This document shows, piece after piece, positions 8,934 through 18,160 of a stretch of DNA of 64,000 bases (the first letter of the stretch is position 1; the number at the start of each line of letters is the position of its first letter). The position numbers and the translations under genes are program-made. A model generated the notes under the pieces. That model did not search any database. It was given only the letters and a program-made list of their open reading frames with translations, and was not told the DNA's origin. This stretch comes from Myxococcota bacterium (GTDB lineage Bacteria; Myxococcota_A; UBA9160; SZUA-336), in assembly GCA_965247115.1 (NCBI GenBank), contig CBDFGR010000002.1, forward strand, positions 1,824,001 through 1,888,000, written 5' to 3'.

Positions 8934-10739
8934 TTACCCCAGTTGATAGGAAGGCACGCTCAGGATCAGATGAAGCAGCCGGCGCAGCGGCTCTTCCAGG
9001 TAGCTGCGCGCACGCGCGAGGTCACTCGTACCCAGCTCGGTATCCAGAAAGCCGATGAGCTCGCTGCGGAGCTCCGGGTCCGGTGGGACGAGCACGAAGC
9101 GTGCGAGCAGCGCGTCGACGGCCTGCGTCGTCGTCTTTAGCTCTGCGTCGTGGACGATTGCGCGCAGGTCGATGGCGGCCGCAGCGCGCGGGATCGGCTT
9201 GACCCGCTGGATCGCCATCTGCCAGCCCATGTAGCTCCCGTAGCGGGTGTTGAAGTCCTCGTCGCGGTCCGCCATCACGTTCGACATCGCCATCTGATCG
9301 CCATCCTCCGGCATCGTAGCGTTCGAGATGTCCTCACCCCGCGCGATCTTGTCACTCACCTCGCGAATGGTCGGGTCCTGCGGGTAGCGATCGTACGGGA
9401 TGAAGTTGATGTCGGGAAACAGTACGTCGTAGGCGAAGTTCGCTCGTGACAGCAGGAGCCCTGGCGTGATCCAGGCCCTCCCTGAGGGCCAGCCCGCGAC
9501 AGTGGGCGGACGAAAGAGCTGCTGGCCCAGCTCGGAGGTGGCCGAGTTGAAGTCGGGTACGCCGGGCACCTCGCGCAGCCCCAGCTTCCGGTAGGTGGAG
9601 ACCACGAGCTGCGTCGGGCTCTTGATCTGGCCCGCCTGCGAGGCCGGGCTGTAGAAGTCCCGCGAGAGAAACAGGGTCCGCAGCAGCGGGGTGAGCTCGT
9701 AGCCTCCATCGCGGAGCAGCGCTCCCAGCTGCTTCTGGAGGGCCGGCGACAGCTCCTCGCGTACGAAGTAGCGGTAGATCTTCGCGCCGATGAACTCGGC
9801 GGTCACCGGCTGCTCGAGGATGATGTCAATCACGGCGACGCCGTCGAAGTTCCCGGTCTTTCCGAGCACCGTCTTCGAGTCGTCGTCGTGCTGGTCTTCG
9901 TTCACCACGAACTTGAGGTCGACGAAGTTCCAGCCAGTGAACCCCCGCGCCGCCTCGCGGATGTCCTTCTCTGTGTAGTTCCCCTCCCCCATGGTGAAGA
10001 GCTCCATGATCTCACGGGCGAAGTTCTCGTTGGGCGCGCCCTTGACGTTGATGCCCGCGTCGAGGAAGGCGAGCATCGCCGGGTCCTGGGACACGGCGAC
10101 AAGTAGCTCGCGAAAGTTCCCCGTTCCGAGTCGATGGAAGAGGTCTAGCTGGCGCTCCATCTTGCGGTAGTCGCGCACCTTGGTCTCGCTGACGGCGAAG
10201 TGGCCGTGCCAGAAGAGCGCCATCTTCTCCTGTAGCGGCCAGCCCGTGGTCAGCATGCGCTCCGCCCACCAGTAGGCCAGGCGATTCGTCTCCAGGTAGC
10301 TGGCGCGCAGCCAGTAGAAGAAGCGGTTGACGACCGGCTGCATGCGGCGATTGCCCGCGGGCTTCACACGGATGCCGAGCGCCTCGCCCGTCTCGCGCGC
10401 CAGCGTGGTCGTGGCTGGACGGCTCGGCGGGAAGGGCTCGAGGCCCGGATCGTGGACTCCCGAGTGCTCGAAGGGCGGGAGCTCGCCGGGCTTGCTGCGG
10501 AGGATCCGCTCCACCGCCTGTTCCGGTGTGAGCTGGCTGAAGATCTCGATCTCTTCGGGGGTTCCGCCGAAGCCCCCACGCTCGAGCAGGTGGGCGGCAC
10601 TCGCTCGGCTCCAATCCGAGGCGGCAATTGGAGTGAGATCGTCGACCCACGCGTCGCTGTTGGCCGCGGCGCCCGTCGCCAGGAGTAGCGAGATGGCAAG
10701 GCTTGCGCCGAGCTCGGGACAAACTCGGGGTAGCAACAT
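8934..10739 (-). CDS. DUF1800 domain protein
   Basis: LQEKMALFWHGHF and PNENFAREIMELFTMG; adjacent to DUF1501, the usual pairing. Confidence 0.9.
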   Translation of the reverse strand: MLLPRVCPELGASLAISLLLATGAAANSDAWVDDLTPIAASDWSRASAAHLLERGGFGGTPEEIEIFSQLTPEQAVERILRSKPGELPPFEHSGVHDPGLEPFPPSRPATTTLARETGEALGIRVKPAGNRRMQPVVNRFFYWLRASYLETNRLAYWWAERMLTTGWPLQEKMALFWHGHFAVSETKVRDYRKMERQLDLFHRLGTGNFRELLVAVSQDPAMLAFLDAGINVKGAPNENFAREIMELFTMGEGNYTEKDIREAARGFTGWNFVDLKFVVNEDQHDDDSKTVLGKTGNFDGVAVIDIILEQPVTAEFIGAKIYRYFVREELSPALQKQLGALLRDGGYELTPLLRTLFLSRDFYSPASQAGQIKSPTQLVVSTYRKLGLREVPGVPDFNSATSELGQQLFRPPTVAGWPSGRAWITPGLLLSRANFAYDVLFPDINFIPYDRYPQDPTIREVSDKIARGEDISNATMPEDGDQMAMSNVMADRDEDFNTRYGSYMGWQMAIQRVKPIPRAAAAIDLRAIVHDAELKTTTQAVDALLARFVLVPPDPELRSELIGFLDTELGTSDLARARSYLEEPLRRLLHLILSVPSYQLG

Positions 10740-10801
10740 GCCGGCTATTCTACACCGAAGCTACCATGCGCCAAGGATGATTCCTCGCGCCAGCGCCAGC
10801 G

Positions 10802-11695
10802 GTGGTCCCCTTGTCCGGGCATGAGCTCGGGCTCGTCCTTCTCTCGGCCCTCCTCCACGCTTCATGGAACGCGGCGGCCAAGCGCAGCGAAAGCCCGACG
10901 GCCTTCCTGCTGACGATGGAAGCCGCGTCGCTCGTGCTCTACCTGCCCGTGTTGATCTTCGGCTTCCGTCTGTCGGATCTCCCGCCAAGCGTGTGGGTGT
11001 GGATTGCGGGATCGGCACTGGTGCACGCGTTCTACGCGTACTGGCTCAGCCGCGGCTACACGCATGGAGACCTGTCGCTCGTCTACCCCATCGCGCGCTC
11101 GACGCCCGCCTTTGTTCCTCTTTTCGCTGTACCGCTGATGGGAGAGAGCGTGTCGTTCACGGGCACTCTGGGGATCGGCCTGGTGGTCGCCGGGATGTGG
11201 GCGATCCAGACCGATGGCAGGCTACAGCTTCGATCCCTGGGTTCCCTGGGCGCCGGGTTCGCCTACCTGACGCTCCTCACCACCGTCGCCTACTCGCTCC
11301 TCGACAAGCGGGCGATGCAGCTCTTGGACGCGGTCGAGTGGGTCGGTCCTGCGCCACGCGCGCTCGTGTACATGGGTCTGTTCGAGGTGGGTTACGTGCC
11401 TCTCTTTTACCTGCTCGCTGCTCGCACCCTGGAGAAGGGCGAGTTCACGCGCGTGGCGCGGAGCGAGTGGGGAACCGCGCTCGTCGGAGCGGTGTTCGGG
11501 ATCTGCAGCTACGCGTTGATCCTGGAAGCGCTGAGGACGGCGCAGGTGAGCTACGTGGTAGCGGTCCGGCAGTCGAGCGTGCTATTCGCGGTCGCACTGG
11601 GAGTGTTCTTCTTGCGCGAGCGTCCCGGAAGGACCCGTGTGCTCGGAACCGTGGCCACGATCGGGGGCGTGGCCTTGATCTCCTTCTACTCCTGA
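10802..11695 (+). CDS. EamA/DMT family transporter
   Basis: ALLHASWN; GDLSLVYPIAR; about 10 TM segments. Confidence 0.88.
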   Translation: MVPLSGHELGLVLLSALLHASWNAAAKRSESPTAFLLTMEAASLVLYLPVLIFGFRLSDLPPSVWVWIAGSALVHAFYAYWLSRGYTHGDLSLVYPIARSTPAFVPLFAVPLMGESVSFTGTLGIGLVVAGMWAIQTDGRLQLRSLGSLGAGFAYLTLLTTVAYSLLDKRAMQLLDAVEWVGPAPRALVYMGLFEVGYVPLFYLLAARTLEKGEFTRVARSEWGTALVGAVFGICSYALILEALRTAQVSYVVAVRQSSVLFAVALGVFFLRERPGRTRVLGTVATIGGVALISFYS

Positions 11696-11734
11696 TCCCA
11701 GCGCGCCCGAACACCGTCCCCACGTTCCGGTAGG

Positions 11735-12232
11735 ATGCTGCCCATGGAGCGCTTGACGGAGGCTGCGAGGCGGATCGGGGACGTGCTCAGGGAGCGCGGT
11801 GAAACGATCGGTGTGGCGGAGGGGTCCTGCGGGGGCCTGGTCTCTGCAGCGCTCGTCGCGGTGCCGGGGGCGTCGAACTTCTATGTGGCCGGCGGGGTCT
11901 TCTACACGCGGCCCGCGTTCGCGGAGATCCTGGGCAAGGATCGGGAGGCGCTGCGGGGACTGCGCGGCAGCACAGAGCCGTTCTCACTGATGCTGGCCCG
12001 GCTCGTGCGGGACAAGTTCAGCACCACCTGGGCCGTCGGTGAGAGCGGGGCCAGCGGGCCCTCCGGGAACCGCTACGGCGATGCAGCCGGCCACGTCGCT
12101 CTGGCCGTCGCTGGGCCGGTCGAGAAGAGCGTCATCGTGGAGACGGGTCTCGACGATCGTCAGGAGAACATGTGGCTGTTCTCTGCCGCAGCGCTCGCGC
12201 TCGTCGAGGAGGCCCTTGCCGAGAGTGGCTAG
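11735..12232 (+). CDS. CinA/PncC C-terminal domain family protein
   Basis: TIGVAEGSCGGLVS..PGASNFY..GESGASGP. Confidence 0.85.
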   Translation: MLPMERLTEAARRIGDVLRERGETIGVAEGSCGGLVSAALVAVPGASNFYVAGGVFYTRPAFAEILGKDREALRGLRGSTEPFSLMLARLVRDKFSTTWAVGESGASGPSGNRYGDAAGHVALAVAGPVEKSVIVETGLDDRQENMWLFSAAALALVEEALAESG

Positions 12233-12273
12233 GGAGTGGAGGGCAAGACAGTGCCCCGGGAGCCCGGCTCGCG

Positions 12274-12927
12274 TCAGGCGCTCGGCCCGAGGGGATCCAG
12301 GCGTGTGTGCTGGGCCAGCACGCTGATCGCAGCGGCCGCCGCGCTGCGGTGGTCCTTGCGCCAGGGTGGGCCAAGCCCACGTCCGAGCTCGCGGAGAAGC
12401 GATTCGAGGCGCGCGACGTCGACGCGGAGGGCTTGCGCCGCGCACTCGCTCTCCTCCTTCCGCGGAATCAGCTCTGCTGCGATTCCGAGCTCCTCGGCGG
12501 CGGCGCAGAGCCGATCGCGGTAGAGATCGCCGTCGGCAGCGATCATCGCGTTCTGTGACTCGAGGATCTCGGCGAACGTAGCGCGGCGGCGGTGGGGGGG
12601 GCCCCTCTGCAGTGCGATCGAGACGAGTCGATGCTCCGCTCCGAGATCAGCCTGAAGCTGCGACAGGGCGGTACGCGCATGCGCGGCCACCGACCCTTCG
12701 ACCTCGCGGACCAATGCCTCCGCTTGGGCCACCTCGAGCTTCGCGCCCTCGCGGAATGAAGAGCGGCCCGAGCCGTGGTGGTGGGGTTGCGAGGACAGAT
12801 CCGCGCTGACGAGGTCCACCCGACGGCGATCCAGCACCACGAGCGCGCCAGCGCGGACGGCCACGCACACGAAGATCGCCCAGCCTCGATGTTCCGCGAT
12901 CCCCGCGACCGCCGGCGCGCCGCCCAC
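12274..12927 (-). CDS. Conserved hypothetical protein
   Basis: 3' part of ORF 12274..13839, starting at the GTG just after the upstream stop; protein-like sequence GIAEHRGWAIF...LGPPWRKDH. Confidence 0.6.
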   Translation of the reverse strand: MGGAPAVAGIAEHRGWAIFVCVAVRAGALVVLDRRRVDLVSADLSSQPHHHGSGRSSFREGAKLEVAQAEALVREVEGSVAAHARTALSQLQADLGAEHRLVSIALQRGPPHRRRATFAEILESQNAMIAADGDLYRDRLCAAAEELGIAAELIPRKEESECAAQALRVDVARLESLLRELGRGLGPPWRKDHRSAAAAAISVLAQHTRLDPLGPSA

Positions 12928-12929
12928 GG

Positions 12930-13784
12930 CTACGAGTCCGAAGACGCGCGCAGCGAGTCCAGCAAGAACGTGCCGATGCCAGCGAGGGTCTCGGAGCTTC
13001 CGTTGTCTGCGTCGAGCAGGCGTCCGCGAGGAGCCTCGGCTGCGATCCGCGCTGCCAGCCCGGCTGGATGCAGACGATCGCGTCCCGGCAATACGAGCAG
13101 CGGGGCCGGACACTCCGGAACCCAGCTCTCGGGTACGCTGAAAAAGGGCGTGTCGTCCGGCCAGATGCCGTCCCGGAAGCGGACGACACGTACGGCGTAG
13201 CGCTCGCGTCCCTTCTCGAGCAGCTCCTTCGCGAAGTCGGGGTCGACCAGTCGCTGCGCGTACGGCCCGGCGGCGGGGTTCTCGTCGAAGCGCGGGTTGC
13301 GGCTTGCGGCTTCGACCACTGCCTCGAGTCCAAGGTCGCGTGCCAGGCGCACGGTCTCGTAGAAGAGCGTGTAGAAGTCGTGCCTCGAGTTCGTCGCGTC
13401 GCGCCCCGGCGGCTCGGCAAGGACGGCCGCGGCAACACGCTCCGGCGCGTCGTGGATCAGCCGCAGCGCGTAGGTCGCTCCGATGCCCCATCCCAGCACG
13501 AGCGCAGATCTCGTACCTACTGCGTCGAGCACGGCGAGCTGATCCTGAGCCATCGTTTCGTACGAGAACGGGATGCTCGGCCCCGTGCTGCGCCCGGCGT
13601 AGCGCTGGTCCATGGCGATCACAGAGAAGGCGTCCGCCAGCTTCGCCCGGAGGTCGAACGGCGCGCGGCCCCACGAGTCGATCTCGCTGTTCACGATCCC
13701 CGGGGCGAGGAGGAGCAGCGGCGGTCCGCTTCCCCGTACCTCGTAGGCGACGAGCGTGCCGTCGGGCTGTTCGATCTCTGGCAC
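12930..13784 (-). CDS. Alpha/beta hydrolase fold protein
   Basis: YEVRGSGPPLLLL; AMDQRYAGRS; GRDRLHP; GAAGGAGG RBS upstream of the GTG. Confidence 0.85.
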   Translation of the reverse strand: MPEIEQPDGTLVAYEVRGSGPPLLLLAPGIVNSEIDSWGRAPFDLRAKLADAFSVIAMDQRYAGRSTGPSIPFSYETMAQDQLAVLDAVGTRSALVLGWGIGATYALRLIHDAPERVAAAVLAEPPGRDATNSRHDFYTLFYETVRLARDLGLEAVVEAASRNPRFDENPAAGPYAQRLVDPDFAKELLEKGRERYAVRVVRFRDGIWPDDTPFFSVPESWVPECPAPLLVLPGRDRLHPAGLAARIAAEAPRGRLLDADNGSSETLAGIGTFLLDSLRASSDS

Positions 13785-13856
13785 CGCCCCTCCTTCTGCG
13801 GAAAGACCTCTGATAAGGTATCGCAACAGCGCCTACCACTGCGCGATGGAGGAGCT

Positions 13857-15194
13857 ATGTCCGCCCCGGCCGAGAGCGCCCCGCCCTCGCCCCTGACCCT
13901 GGACACTCTCGACATCACGACGACCGAGCTCTACGTCAAGCACGGCTATCCGTGGGAGGCCTGGGACCTACTGCGGCGAGAAGCACCGGTCTTCTGGTAC
14001 GAGCGCCCGGGCTTCGAGCCGTTCTGGGCCATCACCAAGTACAAGGACATCGCCTGGATCTCGCGCAACCCGCAGACCTTTTCCAACCGCCAGCTCCTGC
14101 GCCTGGCGGAGCTACAGCCCCACAGCGCGGACCTCGAGCGGCAGGAGGACGAGGACCGGCGCTATCGGCCCGCGAACGACGAGCCGCCCGATCTGGTCTT
14201 CATGGACCCGCCGGAGCATCGCCAGTACCGCGCAATCGTCAGCAAGTGGTTTACGCCGAAGGCGATGCAGATCCTCGAGCCGCATCTCCGGGACATGTCC
14301 CAGAGCTACGTGGGCGCCTTCGGACGCATCCTCGCCGACCGGCTGCGCGAGCGTCAGGGCGACGTGACGGACTTCGTTCACGAGTGCGCGGCCAAGCTCC
14401 CCGTGGCGACGATCTGCGAGATGGCCGACGTGCCGCAGGCAGACTGGGAGCAGATCTTTCGCTGGACCGAGGTGCTCGTCGGTTCGGGCGACCCCGAGTA
14501 TCAGGAAGAGGGGAAGGACCCGCGCGAGACGGCGCGCGAGAACATCCACGCGTGGTTCAACTACATGGAGTGGTTGATCAAGAAGCGCCGCGACGAGGGG
14601 CTTGGAGGACACGACCTCCTGACCGCGCTCCTCACCGCGCGCTTCCAGGGTAGGGAGCTCACGCCCCGCGAGATCATGTCCTACGTGATCCTCCTGCTGG
14701 CGGCCGGGAACGAAACCACACGAAACTCGATCACCGGCGGCGTACACGCGCTGATCGAGCACCCCGTGCAGCTGCAGCGCCTGGTGCGGGACCCCGGGCT
14801 ATTGAACCCGGCCGTCGAGGAGATCCTGCGCTGGACATCCGTCGTGATTCAGTTCGTGCGCACGGTGACAGAGGATACGGAGATCCGCGGCCAGAAGATC
14901 CGCAAGGGCGAGATTATCGTCATGTGGTATCCCTCGGCGAACCGCGACGAGGAGATCTTCGAGGATCCCTACACCTTCGATATCGCGCGCGACCCGAACC
15001 CGCACTACGCCTTCGGGGGCTACGGCGAGCACTTTTGCCTTGGCGCAAACCTTGCGCGCTGGGAGATGCGCACGCTGATGCGCGAGCTCATCCCGCTGTT
15101 GCCAAAGCTGGAGCTCGCCGGTGAGCCCGAGCGTTTGCTCGGTCAGCTCCACGTCGGCGGCATCAAGCGCTTGCCGCTGCGCCTGGCAGCGTAG
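13857..15194 (+). CDS. Cytochrome P450 (CYP124/125/142-like)
   Basis: AGNETT, EILR and heme motif FGGYGEHFCLG; GGAGGAG RBS before ATG 13857. Confidence 0.95.
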   Translation: MSAPAESAPPSPLTLDTLDITTTELYVKHGYPWEAWDLLRREAPVFWYERPGFEPFWAITKYKDIAWISRNPQTFSNRQLLRLAELQPHSADLERQEDEDRRYRPANDEPPDLVFMDPPEHRQYRAIVSKWFTPKAMQILEPHLRDMSQSYVGAFGRILADRLRERQGDVTDFVHECAAKLPVATICEMADVPQADWEQIFRWTEVLVGSGDPEYQEEGKDPRETARENIHAWFNYMEWLIKKRRDEGLGGHDLLTALLTARFQGRELTPREIMSYVILLLAAGNETTRNSITGGVHALIEHPVQLQRLVRDPGLLNPAVEEILRWTSVVIQFVRTVTEDTEIRGQKIRKGEIIVMWYPSANRDEEIFEDPYTFDIARDPNPHYAFGGYGEHFCLGANLARWEMRTLMRELIPLLPKLELAGEPERLLGQLHVGGIKRLPLRLAA

Positions 15195-15287
15195 GCTCAC
15201 AGAAGTCCCGCCCGGCAAAACGATACCTGTAGAATCCGCCCACCCGGACAGGTGGGTCGAAAGTCCACCGAGTCGACGGAGCAACCC

Positions 15288-16427
15288 ATGTCAGAGGCAG
15301 TCGAGCCCTTTCGGATCGAGACGAGTGACGCCGAGCTAGAGGACCTGCAGCGCCGCCTCCGGGCCACGCGCTGGCCCGAGGCGGAGACCGTGGGCGACTG
15401 GTCGCAGGGCATTCCGCTCGCCTATCTGAAGGAGGTCTGCGAGTACTGGGCCGAGAAGTACGACTGGCGAGAGCGGGAGAAGCGCCTGAACGAGGCCCCG
15501 CAGTTCCGCAGCGAGATCGACGGCCTCGGCATCCACTTCCAGCACCTGCGCTCCCCGCACGAGCACGCCCTGCCGCTCGTGTTGACCCACGGCTGGCCGG
15601 GCTCCGTGGTCGAGTTCCAGAAGGTGATCGGCCCGCTCAGCGACCCGACGGCCCACGGCGGCGACGCCAGCGACGCGTTTCACATCGTGTGCCCCTCTCT
15701 CCCCGGCTTCGGCTTCTCCGACAAGCCGGCGGAGACGGGCTGGGGGGTCGAGCGCATCGGAAAGGCCTGGGCTCAGCTGATGGCGCGCCTCGGCTACAAA
15801 CGTTACGTGGCCCAGGGCGGGGACTGGGGGTCCGCGATCACTTCGGCAATTGGCGGGCAGGACCCGGAGCACTGCGCCGGCATCCACATCAACATGGTGT
15901 TCGCGCGTCCGGATCCCGAGACCATGGGCGACCTGACCGAGCGGGAGAAGGGCGCGCTCGCCGCACTCAAGCACTACCAAGACTGGGACTCGGGCTACTC
16001 CAAGCAGCAGAGCACGCGCCCGCAGACGCTCGGCTACGGCCTGGTCGATTCGCCCGCGGGTCAGGCCGGCTGGATCATCGAGAAGTTCTGGGCCTGGACC
16101 GACTGCAACGGACAGCCCGAGAACGTGCTCACGCGCGACGAGCTGCTCGACAACGTGATGCTCTACTGGCTGCCGGGAACCGCAGCCTCCTCCGCGCGCC
16201 TCTACTGGCAGAGCTTTAACTCGATCGCCGGCGGCGACGTCCACGTGCCCACCGGCTGCAGCATCTTCCCCAAGGAGATCATGCGGGCCTCCAGGCGCTG
16301 GGCCGAGGGCCGCTACAAGAACATCGTCTACTGGAACGAGCTGCCGAAGGGCGGACACTTTGCGGCCTTCGAACAGCCGGAGATCTTCGTGGAAGAGCTC
16401 CGGGCCTGCTTTCGCCACGTACGATAG
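15288..16427 (+). CDS. Epoxide hydrolase (microsomal-type, EHN domain)
   Basis: HGWPGS, GGDWG and GGHFAAFEQP. Confidence 0.95.
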   Translation: MSEAVEPFRIETSDAELEDLQRRLRATRWPEAETVGDWSQGIPLAYLKEVCEYWAEKYDWREREKRLNEAPQFRSEIDGLGIHFQHLRSPHEHALPLVLTHGWPGSVVEFQKVIGPLSDPTAHGGDASDAFHIVCPSLPGFGFSDKPAETGWGVERIGKAWAQLMARLGYKRYVAQGGDWGSAITSAIGGQDPEHCAGIHINMVFARPDPETMGDLTEREKGALAALKHYQDWDSGYSKQQSTRPQTLGYGLVDSPAGQAGWIIEKFWAWTDCNGQPENVLTRDELLDNVMLYWLPGTAASSARLYWQSFNSIAGGDVHVPTGCSIFPKEIMRASRRWAEGRYKNIVYWNELPKGGHFAAFEQPEIFVEELRACFRHVR

Positions 16428-16546
16428 GCATGAGCGTGCGAGGAAAGGCACGCCGAGTCCGGAGCGCGACCGCAGCATTCTTCCCCGCCTGAGGATGCCA
16501 GGGGAGTAAGATGGCCGGAGGACTGCTCAGTCCAAGGGGAGGCTTC

Positions 16547-18130
16547 ATGAAGCGCTTGCTCGTCAGCCTTACGTTCGCCTGTGTGACGGCATCCTTCTCA
16601 GCATCTGCGGTAGAGATCGAGGATGTGGGCGCGATCACGTTCCCCACGTCCGGCTCCCCTGAGGCCCAGGAGCACTTCCTCCGCGGCGCTGGCATTCTCT
16701 ACAGCTTCGGCTGGAAGCAGGCGATCGAGCAGTTCCAGGCGGCTCAGAAGCTGGAGCCGGACTTTGCCATGGCCTACTGGGGAGAGTCGCTCTGCTACAA
16801 CCATCCGCTCATGGCCGAGCAGGATCGGGATAACCCGATGAACGTTCTCTCGAGGCTCGGCGCGACGCCCGAGGAGCGGCTGGCGAAGGCCCCCACGGCG
16901 AAGGAGAAGGGCTACGTCGCCGCGGTGGAGGCCCTCTTCATGGGTGAGGGGAACCGGGTAGAGCGGCGCATCGCCTACATGGAGGCCATGCGCCGTCTCC
17001 ACGAGAGCTTTCCCGATGATCAGGAGGTGGCGACCTTCTATGCGCTGGCGCTCCTGAGCGCCGCCGGTCCCATGGGCGACGAGAGCCTGCGTACACGTGT
17101 GCTCGCGGGCTCGATCGCCCTCGACGTCTTCAACGCGAACCCCAATCACCCCGGTGCGGCGCACTACATCATTCACGCGTTCGACGACCCCGTCCACGCA
17201 CCCATCGCGCTTCCCGCGGCGTGGAGGTTCGCAGAGATCGCGCCTGCTGTTTCCCACGCCCGTCACATGCCCACGCACATTTTCATCCAGCGCGGCATGT
17301 GGAAGGAGGTCTCCCGTTCGAACCAGTCCGCCTATGAGGCTGCAGTTGCGCTGTGGGAGCCGGGCGACAAGGCCGGGGACATGACGCACTCGCTCGACTG
17401 GGGACAGTACGGCGACCTCCAGCTCGGAGACTATGAAAAAGCAAGGGTGTGGATCGAACGCATGGAGGAGATCGTGGCGAAGAACGGGACGCAGGAACGC
17501 CCGCTCGGGGCGCTCCCCCGCGTCAAGGCGCGCTACGTCATCGAGACGGAGCAATGGCAAACACAGCCGGTAACAGACGAGTCGTCGGCGGTCGAGCTCC
17601 TGGCGACCGGCATGAGCGCCGTCGAGCTCGGGGACTTGGAGCTGGCTCAGCAGGCGGAGCTGCGACTCGAGGCTCTGGCCAACGAGGTCTCGGACGACGA
17701 CGGCTCCTACTTCGCACGCTCGATCAAACCGACACAGATCATGCACAAGGAGGTGGCCGCCCTCATACGGTTGGAGCTGGGACAGCAGGCCGAGGCGATC
17801 GCGCTGCTCGAAGAAGGTGTGGCAATCGCGGAGAGCATGCGGGCCCCGAGTGGCGCGGCCAGCCCCATCAAGCCCGTGCACGAGCTTCTGGGCGAGGTGC
17901 TTCTTGCCGTCGGTGACGGCGCAGGGGCGGTCGAGAGCTTCCAGATATCGCTTTCGAGGACGCCGAATCGGCCGCTCTCACTGCTCGGCCTGGCGCGCGC
18001 CCATGTCGAGGAAGGCGATCTGGTCGCGGCCAGCGTGCAGTACCGAAAGCTCGCCGAGGTCTGGGTAGGCCGAGACAAGCCCGAGCTCCTGGAGGCGACG
18101 CAGTACATCGACGTGGGTGCCGCACGCTAA
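16547..18130 (+). CDS. Secreted TPR-repeat protein
   Basis: Signal peptide; HPGAAHYIIHAFD and HARHMPTHIF motifs. Confidence 0.8.
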   Translation: MKRLLVSLTFACVTASFSASAVEIEDVGAITFPTSGSPEAQEHFLRGAGILYSFGWKQAIEQFQAAQKLEPDFAMAYWGESLCYNHPLMAEQDRDNPMNVLSRLGATPEERLAKAPTAKEKGYVAAVEALFMGEGNRVERRIAYMEAMRRLHESFPDDQEVATFYALALLSAAGPMGDESLRTRVLAGSIALDVFNANPNHPGAAHYIIHAFDDPVHAPIALPAAWRFAEIAPAVSHARHMPTHIFIQRGMWKEVSRSNQSAYEAAVALWEPGDKAGDMTHSLDWGQYGDLQLGDYEKARVWIERMEEIVAKNGTQERPLGALPRVKARYVIETEQWQTQPVTDESSAVELLATGMSAVELGDLELAQQAELRLEALANEVSDDDGSYFARSIKPTQIMHKEVAALIRLELGQQAEAIALLEEGVAIAESMRAPSGAASPIKPVHELLGEVLLAVGDGAGAVESFQISLSRTPNRPLSLLGLARAHVEEGDLVAASVQYRKLAEVWVGRDKPELLEATQYIDVGAAR

Positions 18131-18160
18131 GAGGCTCCCGATCAAGAGGCGAACCTGCAC

